Source: Heterodontus francisci
Lineage: Eukaryota
Reading direction: 5' to 3'
DNA length: 64,000 nucleotides
NCBI RefSeq assembly: GCF_036365525.1
Contig: NC_090403.1
Span: forward strand, 26,173,461-26,237,460
In this document: piece by piece, positions 1 to 9,290 of the stretch
Numbering within the stretch: the stretch's first letter is position 1
Layout of the letters: each line of letters starts with the position of its first letter
Notes under the pieces: model-generated
What the model saw: only the letters and a program-made list of their open reading frames with translations
Databases searched by the model: none
Told to the model about the DNA's origin: nothing
Translations under genes and position numbers: made by a program

Positions 1-240
1 CATTGTTTGTGATTGGAGCACGTCACTTTCAAACTTAACATGGAATTCAATTGTATTATGATCACTGCTTCCCATGGATCTTCTACTATGACGTTGCTTA
101 GTAACCCTGCTTCACTACACAAAATGATCTGGGATTGCTTTATCCTAGTTGCCTCTGCAATATATTGCTCAAAGAAACTGTTTCTGATTCTCTCCGAGCA
201 AAGAATTGAATCCCAGGTCCACCTGGCAAAATAGTGGAGA
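1..240 (-). mobile_element. Degraded CR1-type LINE fragment (endonuclease region)
   Basis: Resembles the CR1 copy at ~31770-32110 (cactttcaaac, ttgtattatgatcact, tattgctc-agaaac); runs off the window edge. Confidence 0.55.
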
Positions 241-1422
241 CATCCAAAAAAGTGTAGGCTTAGAGTAGAAACCATGTTTACCATATTGCATTGAAAATGC
301 TTAGCATGGAATTTACTAAACACTGAGATTTATTTGTGACATGAAATTTATCCAAGAACTTTGTGCATTCTTGCAGTTGAACAACTTTTCAAAGTATATG
401 AATTCTCAAAATGCAGTAAGTTACAGAGAAAAATCTATGTTTAATGACCAGGCCAAACATGCAGAGCAAAATTTTCATTATGAAAGATAGAAGCATAGCC
501 AAAAAAAAAATTAATCGGGTCACAAGCGAGGGTGGCCCAAATATTCCATCGCATGGAAGAGGGATCAGGCCCATTTTCTGACTCCAATGATTCTAGTAAG
601 ATTTTTTGTTATCAACATATTATATAAGCTGCATTGCAAATATGTAAAATATAAATTTATTAAAGCAGGTCTAACTGTTCTTCCTCTTTCATCACTTGCT
701 GTTTGGATAGGTTCAGTAATGTCATCTTTAATGATTCAAATATCTATGTTTTCTTTTTATTCTCTTTTTCTATTTTTACATATTTCTTTTTCTTTTTTCT
801 CTTTTTTAATTCTTGTATAGTCCTTTAGTTTTTGTATAGTCCATTATGAATTATGCACAGCCTCATGGCAGTTGTCACAATAGTTTGTCTTTCTGCTTGT
901 TGTGATGTACAGGCTGTTTAGACTCCAGCAGTCAGGCTTGCCAATTCAGATCGCCAAAGTGTAAACTAACAGAGTTTTTTGAGGGGAATGATGGTACAAT
1001 ATCTGGTAACAAAGTCCTCTTCCATGTGTGGAGAAAGGGTTTTATGATTGGAAATTCATCTCTGTGCTGTCAACATTGATGAATAATATCTACGCAATAA
1101 ATTGCATGCCAAAAGCTTTTGTGAAGCACAATTATATTCTGATAATTATCTGCCACAAAGTTTACATTCCACTTAACAGTGAAGAATAATGAATATATGC
1201 AACTGCAATTTGCAACAAATTTTATTCTGGGGGTAAGTTATTGATAAGCTCCATCTATTGCCATGTAACCTTTTTATATCCTGTGGCAAAGAAGGGTTTA
1301 TGCAAATGAATATAATCTTTTCAGCTTTATATTTCTAGATGCTCACTATAATAATTCACAACATGAACAGTTGGGACAAGTGCATATCTAACATTGTAGA
1401 TAAGTAAATGTGCTTATGAATA

Positions 1423-1857
1423 GTCACATTTATCTAACAAATGTCATTCATCAGTTTTAAAACACTTTGGACAAAGGTTTCTTCCTACCTGTTTGCTTAT
1501 TGTGTTGCATTTTAATACCTTTACACATTGAAGGAAACATGGAAGAATTTAGGACAAAGTATACATGCTTTAAGCAACTTTTGGTTAAAACAAGGAACCA
1601 TGACATGGTTTATGTGCTTTAGGTTAAGTGAGACATACCATTGTTCACCATTTCTATATTTATCATCGATGCCTTTTTGCTGATTTGATTTTGTAGCTGG
1701 TAATAATTAGCATTCTGTGCTTGAGTAAACGCAGGTATTTTGATCTTATCTAGCCAATCTCTGGGAAGGAGGGAGGGAGAAAGAAAGGAAGGAAGGAAGA
1801 AATCTTTGTCCAAGATGTTTTAAAGTTGATGAATGACCTTTTCTAGGTAAATGTGAC
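1423..1857. repeat. Imperfect inverted repeat, 64-nt arms
   Basis: The reverse complement of 1423-1486 matches 1794-1857 at 55/64 positions by manual alignment; spacer ~307 nt. Confidence 0.8.
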
Positions 1858-2338
1858 AATGAATTCAACACACAGCAAGGTCCTGCAATCAACAAGATAC
1901 AAACACAGACATACAGAAATATAATCATACAGTCAAATGTAGAAATGAATAATACAGTGAGGCAGTGGAGAAGATACAAAAAAATTATTGAAATATATCG
2001 TTTTGAATACAAAACCCTTTGAAAGATTAAATATGTTATAAAGACGATTCAATAAATATAAATAAAAAATAATAATTTTTGTATAACTTACATTCCCCAT
2101 TGTGCCACTGTAACATGTTATTGCGAAATATATGGATTTAATAAATAAAAATATTTAAGGACTTTACTACATGATAATTTCTTGATTCCTTCACAGTATC
2201 TCTGGCAGTGAGAGTAATTGTAACGTTGTCAATGTTGTAAGTAACAAATAGATGGGAATGACAAAAATATTTGAATAACTTAATGAATTTTTTCCAGGAT
2301 TAGAAAATACTCTGATCAAAATGATCGCTCCGTGGCCT

Positions 2339-3525
2339 TCATGTGTGTTGTTTCATTTTTCCTATTATGGTCTGGATCTGCTGTAAACGGGCCCTGGTCT
2401 GAGAACGGACGATTCTCCAGGCACATTCACTGAATTTCTGAAAGGCAGAAATATTGACATATATTACCGGGTCTATACATGTGTTCACCTGGGATGAAAA
2501 ATCTGCATACTATTTTTCAAGCCATGGAAGAGCTTTCTCACGGGAGTATCAGGATTAATTTGGTCCCGGAGATTTGGGTCATCGCAAATCTCTTCACGCT
2601 GAATCCCTCTGACTGACACAGGTACATTACAGTTAAAACATTTCTATTTTTGCAGACTTCATTAGAAATTTTGAACAGAAGAAATCTTCACAACTACACC
2701 TCCAGTGTGTACCTGTAGTGACTGCAGTCATTCTTACCCTGGGTATATACTGGTTGAGAACTCTGCCTCATTGGGGTTATCTACATGGCACTTTAGGGAT
2801 TAAACAGTCAAACATGCATCTCCATACCTCCAATTCTAAACGTTGCCTCAACTTCCTGAAGTATTCCTCAATTTCCACGCTCTTGGATTCTGACACAGGT
2901 TCCCTCACACATTGGCTCAGATGTTGTAGCTGTTGACTCAGCTGAGCGCGGAAACTTTCCAGCAGGACAGCATCCCAGGGCGCAGTGCTGAGGTTCCCAC
3001 TAAAAGTCTTGTTGATTTGATCCAGTGTTTGATGGAGAAGCAGCATTTTGCCCTCGTCCTATAAAATACATACAGTTATCTCACGGGAAACCTTGGCACT
3101 GATCAAAAGAATAAAGGACTATATAGAATATCGCATTCTGCCCCAATATTATTTATAAATTTAAAAGACTGAGTATGATGAGGGGCACAGCGACAATAGA
3201 AATACGTTCCAAACTGCACACTTTCAGTTAAGTTGTCTGAAAGTGTAATCAGGTTGAGGGATTGGATGTGCCCTGCTCCTCTCCTTGTCAGACAGTGCCG
3301 GGACAGTCTACCTCCCTGGAACACAGCAGAATTCCGGGTAAAGCAATGCGCGACATACACAAATCCTGACCATGGGATAGATCAAGATCAGTTCAAACTC
3401 ACCATTTCTTTCAGTTTGCAATTAGTCTTTTCGATGTGAACGTGCAGTTCCTCACAACCCAGACTCAGGGTACCGGGCAACAAGACCAACACCATCCAAA
3501 ATCCGCAAATAAATGAAAGAGCCAT
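2339..3525 (-). CDS. IFN1: Type I interferon, subfamily A (divergent), 180 aa if exon 2 is spliced; function uncertain because the intron-2 donor is non-canonical
   Basis: Exons 3525-3403 (MALSFICGFWMVLVLLPGTLSLGCEELHVHIEKTNCKLKEM|gtgagt), 3315-3226 (GGRLSRHCLTRR...SDNLT|gaaagt), 3058-2828 (DEGKMLLLHQTL...SQCVREP...EYFRKLRQRLELE|gtatgg) and 2437-2339 (KFSECAWRIVRSQTRARLQQ...HT*). It has a signal peptide, Cys 24/49/121/153 (plus 36), and the YFRKL and CAW-x-IVR motifs of type I IFN. All introns are phase 0 and the 3' UTR is AU-rich. The symbol is family-level only. Confidence 0.85.
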
Positions 3526-4019
3526 GTTCAAGGAAGACAGAGTAAAGCACGGATCTGAAATAGTAGAAATAAAATTAGCGACCAATGTCCATCAAACATA
3601 CTTAAACATCCGTTAGTAAATGAACAAACTCTACAGTTCTTGTTCAAGATGAATCCTCTGACAGAGACAGGTATCAACTGTTGTCAAACACAGGGTGAAG
3701 TGTCAGAGACCATGCCGAAGATAAATGATCTGCTGTTTGCCATTTCTGACCACATTCGTTTTTCAACTGTGAGGAATTCACCGTACAGAACAATTGACAA
3801 GAAAGACAATCGGCTGACGCCTGGTAAATCTTCGGCGATATCATTTTCAGTCCATTTCTGAACCGCGCTGCTCAGAACAGAGGAAATACCAAAACCCTCG
3901 TTAAATCTGAAACAAAAACAAAACTGCACTGCGTCAATGGGTGAATTTTTTTGTATTTTATTTAACAACGAATTCCCCCCAAAATCTGATTCTTCCAACT
4001 TTGTGAGATGCTATTAAGG

Positions 4020-4300
4020 ATTGGACAGCCGAACCGCATTATAGAACCACTCCACGGAAGATCATTATTCCCCTGAGTTCGTGTCTTCCTTTCTCTCCTT
4101 GGGTCTCCCAATATCTGGCACCTGGTGATATCCCAGATCTGGCCGCGGGCCTGAGCTCCATCATTGCGACTGCCGGCGGCTCCTTTCCCGCTTCCGCGGA
4201 ACAGGAAAGCGGCGCTCCAGACCCGATCTTTACCTTTCAGGACTGAAGCAGTAGAAAGCCTGATGGGAAACTTTTATTTTGTTGCTAATTACGCTTTCAG
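4020..4300 (-). promoter_or_regulatory. CpG-rich candidate promoter/leader region upstream of IFN gene A
   Basis: Local cluster of CpGs (ggccgcggg, gccggcggc, cttccgcgga, agcggcgct) in an AT-rich background; ETS-like CGGAAG on the minus strand; donor AAG|gtaaag at 4234/4233. Confidence 0.4.
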
Positions 4301-5384
4301 CCCAACCTGTCCTCCTGATTCATTGAAGTACATTTACCAAGGGCAGTAGTGCTCGTGTATTAAAAAGCCTAGGAATTCGCAGACAAAAGGTGAACTTCTG
4401 TGTTGTCTCCGAAGATGCTGAGTGAGCTGTTGCGCCGTTCCAGTGTTTTGTGTTTGAAATTTCCGGAGCTGTCAAAGGCTGGACTGCTTTGCAAGCCGGT
4501 AATTGAGGCAGATCTTGAAATCTTGTATCGCTTGAGAACCAGAATAGATGTATACTTGAAGCCTTAATGTACAGCGTGAAGGGAGTAGTGCAAGGTAGCA
4601 GGATTAATTTTGTATTGTTTCAGCAAAGGTGGAGCGCAGACGTGATGGGTCAAATTACCTCTTTATGGTGCAAACTTGGATGGCTCTAGGTCTGAGATTT
4701 CTGGTTGTTCGTATCTTCTCATAGCCTTTGGTATAATAACGTTTCCAGTGCCTACCTGAAAGTATGGGAGTGAATGAGGCCTAGTTTACTATTTTAGTAA
4801 TGAGATGGGGAAATGGCGCATCAAATATTTTCACCCAATTTCCAGAGTGAAAAGGCTCCCCAATTATTCCTTCCAGCTTTTTTGACACTCCTCACAATTT
4901 AATTTCTTCAGTTAAAAACGATTTATCTTTTGCTATTCTGACTGCATCACTTGTTATGATGTGGTCAGACCAGCGGCAGGTTTTCGCTCTCTACCCCTAG
5001 GTCACAATGAGGGATTATCAGGAACGGGGATGGCATTCCCACGGAGGAAGAGGCAAAGTGCTGTTTGGAACAAAGACAGAGTCAGGCAGCATTTAAGAAA
5101 GATGCAGCCTCCCAGTTCTTTACTCTCTACACCATTCTCCAGGCAGCACCTGTTATTTGAGGACCTTTCTGAGCGTTTGTGTGTAGATGTGGGTCTGTTA
5201 GGCTTGTTACTGTAAGTAATTCTTGTTAGGGGAGCAGTGTAGCCACAGTGCAAGTTCCGATATTAGAGCCCCTCATCAGCAGACTGCATTGCGAAGGGTT
5301 CGTGGGTGAAGCTTTGCTTTAAGGGTGTAGAAAATGCACGAAAACGCCAGGTGGCAGTCTTGAGGTTAAATGAGTTGGTCGAAG

Positions 5385-6580
5385 TAGGGATGTTCACTGA
5401 TGATCACGCAGTGTTTAGATTAGATTAGATTAGATTAGAGATACAGCACTGAAACAGGCCCTTCGGCCCACCGAGTCTGTGCCGAACATCAACCACCCAT
5501 TTATACTAATCCTACACTAATCCCATATTCCTACCAAACATCTCCACCTGTCCCTATATTTCCCTACCACCTACCTATACTAGTGACAATTTATAATGGC
5601 CAATTTACCTATCAACCTGCAAGTCTTTTGGCTTGTGGGAGGAAACCGGAGCACCCGGAGGAAACCCACGCAGACACAGGGAGAACTTGCAAACTCCACA
5701 CAGGCAGTACCCGGTCATATCATACCTAATTCCTTAGAAACTGTAACAGTTCGTGCCCGCATGCAGCAAGACCTAGACAACATCCAGGATTGGGCTGATA
5801 AGTGGCAAGTAACATTCGCACCACACAAATGCCAGGCAAGCACCATCTCCAACAAGAGAGAATATAGCCATCTCTTTTTGACATTCAATGCCATTACCAT
5901 CTCTGAATCTCCCATCCTCAAAATCCCGGGGGTTACCATTGCCCGGAAGCTTGACTGCATCAGCCATAGAAATACTGTGGCTACGAGAGTAGGCCAGAGG
6001 CTGGGAATTCACTGGAGACTAACTCACCTTTTAACTCCCTGAACCCTGTCCACCATCTACAGGGCACAAGTTAGACGTGTGATAGAATACTCTCCACTGG
6101 CCAGGATGAGTGCGGCTCCAGCAATGCTCAAGAAGCTTGACACCATCTAAGAGAATACACACCGCTTGATCAGTACTCCAACCATCACATTAAGCATTCA
6201 CCCCCTCTACTATCAGTACACAGTGGCAGCAGGGTGTACCATCTACAAGATGCACTGCAACAACTCACCAAGGCTCCTTCCATGGCATTTTCCAAACTCA
6301 TGGCTCTACCACCATGAAGAGCAACGGCAGCAGACAGATGGAAACAGCAGCGCCTACAAGCTACCCTCCAAGTCACACACCATCTGAATTGGAACTGTAT
6401 TAGCATTCCTTCATTGTTGGGTCAAAATCCTGGAACTTCCTCACTAAGCACTGTGTGTGCACTGCATAGACAGCAGCAGTTCAGAAAGGCAGCTCACCAC
6501 CACCTTCTCAAGGGCAATTAGGAATGGTGAATAAATACTGGCCTTATCAGCTATGCTCACACCCGAGGAATGAATAGAAA
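5385..6580 (+). mobile_element. 3' part of a CR1/L2-clade non-LTR retrotransposon, interrupted by a SINE
   Basis: RT C-terminal remnant (MQQDLDNIQDWADKWQVTFAPHKCQ); same family as 58345-61460. Confidence 0.85.
5414..5714 (-). mobile_element. HE1-like V-SINE, 5'-truncated
   Basis: Reverse complement of the V-domain (gtgtggagtttgcaagttctccctgtgtctgcgtggg...), a CR1-derived 3' end and a (TCTAA)n tail; matches 53266-53607. Confidence 0.9.
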
Positions 6581-8238
6581 TATTCCATTCCAAGCAGAAC
6601 AGTGACATTCCTGGCAGATTTCCAAGCAGAGACATATATGGGTCTGTGCCTCTTTAATTCAATTTCTATGAGGCAGGCTTGGAGGTCTGAATCAGAATGC
6701 AATCCATGTTCTTTTGTGCCCATAAACCACGTCCTGCTGCATTTTTGCGGTTTGCTCCAGAGGATCCTACTGTTGACCCTCTTGAAATGTTATCTGAGAA
6801 TTGCGTTATCTGAGAACCAAGCACTGTTTCTTCCTCAGCTGATTGTCCTCCCAGTCTGCTGCAGATGTGCACAGGCTGAACTGTCCTCTTAAATACTGCA
6901 ATCCCGTATGTATCCATGCACTGGAGTCATACCACTCACTCCTCAGATATTCAAATAAGCTGATGCAGGAGACCCTCAGTATCACCAGCCGGTGCATATC
7001 TATTTCTATTGGTGTAATATTGATACAGTTCATTGCATGCCTATTATTCACCCTTCACCCCTAACTGTCTCTATCCTGGCAGCCATAAGTCCCACTCACC
7101 CATCACGTCCATCCTTGTTAACCTTAATGGATTCCTGGTTCCTAATGTATCATATTTAAAATTCTTGCCTCAAATTTGAAGTTTTGTGCACCGCCTTTCC
7201 TGTCACCTCATTACTGGTGATAGAAACTTCAGCCGTAGGCTCTTCCTCTTCACCTCAAGCCTCAAATTACTGTGGATCTCCACCTTTCTCCTTCATTCAT
7301 CAAGCTTTTGGTCATCCTCCTATTCTATACCCCTACGATCGGGCATTCATCCTTCGACATGTTTTATTCATTTGTAAGCTGTCATTGATATCTTAACTAA
7401 ATCACAAAATGCAAGTTGGTGTGCTGTAACTGCCAGCTGACAACACTAAACTATTAGAAACTGGTTTATCTTGATGACACTGATTTGTTTTTGTGGGCAA
7501 AAAATACATGTTTGGGGAAAGTTTACATTGCCCAAATTCTTCACTTACTTGTATTTAATGGACAGAAATGGAACGGAATACTTGAGCACAACCATTCTTG
7601 GACAGGTTTGGCATTTTCTTGTGGACTTGAGACACTGCACACACATGGCACATTTTGAGCAAGTTATTTTTGAAGCTTAAAAAGATGGTTTCTTAACAGT
7701 AATTACACAGTGAATAATATGCATTTGACAATATTCGGAGCCCTCTTAATTTGCCAAGCTGGCAGATTGATTGACTGCTCAGTTCACTTACTGTTCTTGA
7801 TGTTGGAAATTGTCTCCTGTTCTTTTCGATAAAGTAATCAGTTGGTTTATATGACTTGAAGTCAGATAGCTGGAATTGCAAGATCACGTCTCTCCAGGGA
7901 AGTAAGATTCTATTATATCCTCTTTTTGAATGGTTTACAACTCTATTCGATATATTTCTCAATATCTCAACACTTCCAAGTTTGGAAGTGACCTTTCTCA
8001 GCATTTCGTTGTGAGGAAAGAAGGAAAGAAAAGAATCATGAAAGACAACATCTATGGAACAAATTCTACAGGAGAACGGCTGGAGAGAGGACAGGATCAT
8101 TAATAAGGAGACCGAAGAGATATAGGTCACCGCTTGTGTGTCAATGTGATGCAAAAACTCTCAGATTCAGAAACACAGTAACATTGGCCTATTAGGTAAC
8201 GACATTGTAATATTATATACATTTACTTAAATTACATT

Positions 8239-8765
8239 TAGAACATAAGAAATATTACCAGGAGCAGTCCATTTAGTCCTTCGAGCCTGCTTTACAATTC
8301 AATACGATCGTGGTTGAACTACCTCTGATCTTCCCCTGTAATTCACATATCCTTTAGTTCCCTTAGTATCCAGAAATCTATGGATTTCTGTTTCGAATGG
8401 ATTCAATGATTGAGCATCCACAGGCCTCTGGAGTAGAGAATTCCAAAGATCCACAATGCTTTGAGTGAAGAAATTCCTCCTCATCTCAGTATTAAACGCC
8501 TTATTCTGAGACTGTGACCTTAATTCTAGATTTCTCTGACAAGGGAAATATCCTCCCAGCATCTACTTTGCCAAGTCCCTTAAGAATTTTATATGTTTCA
8601 ATGAGGTCAACTCTCATTCTTCTAAATTCCAGGGAGTACAGGCTCAGTGCACTCATTCTCTCCTCAGAGGACAATCCCCTCATCCCAAGAATGAGTCTTG
8701 TGAACTGTTGTTGCACACCCTCCAAAGCTAGTGTAAGGCTTCCTTAAGTAATGAGACCAAAACTA
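8239..8765 (-). mobile_element. CR1 LINE 3' fragment (repeated at ~16845-17370 and ~25449-25974)
   Basis: EGVQQQFTRLI...LSLYSLEFRRMRVDLIETYKILKG, a typical CR1 ORF2 C-terminus. Confidence 0.9.
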
Positions 8766-9004
8766 ACATTTAAAACATCCACCCAAATACATAGCACCTT
8801 AAACTGACAGCTGTTCCCGATGCAGAATGGTTCCGCATTTTAGGATCTTAAAATATATATTATAACATTTTATTCATTGGATTTGTAAGTCCCAGGACCT
8901 GAGGAACAACCGATGTGAAATCTAGAGAAACATCTGTCCGGTATTTAATACCGAAGAATATTTATTGTATCTTAATTTACGAGAGACAATTCTCTTTTTT
9001 AATT

Positions 9005-9150
9005 AAGCAGAAAGTGAAAGGTTTCAAATTGAACTAATCACTTCGGAAAGAAGTTCAAAAGATTCCCTGAAAATGCACTGTGGTGAGAAGCAAAATCGAT
9101 CCGTTTTTGTAACGTCAAAGGAATATCCTGGTCTCCACTTTAAAATGGGT
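9005..9150 (+). promoter_or_regulatory. IFN-B1 promoter: IRF element, CRE/ATF-like, kB-like and TATA-like motifs
   Basis: GAAAGTGAAAG 9010-9020, TAACGTCA 9110-9117, GGAATATCC 9120-9128, TTTAAAA 9139-9145; the same motifs are retained in the diverged pseudogene at 44975-45582. Confidence 0.7.
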
Positions 9151-9290
9151 TAATCTCACCAAGAAGGAACATTCCTTTCAATCCAACAGTGAGGGACTTC
9201 AGCTCGTGTTGATATTGTTTTTGGAGCTGAACCCCGATCCAATTCGTTTCTGCGAATTCAGATCTCGGCTTTTCCCTGTGTTGGTTGAAC

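Noticed and set aside
7693-8154. 153-aa ORF in unit 1
   Set aside because: Non-ATG start, truncated in units 2 and 3, no motifs.
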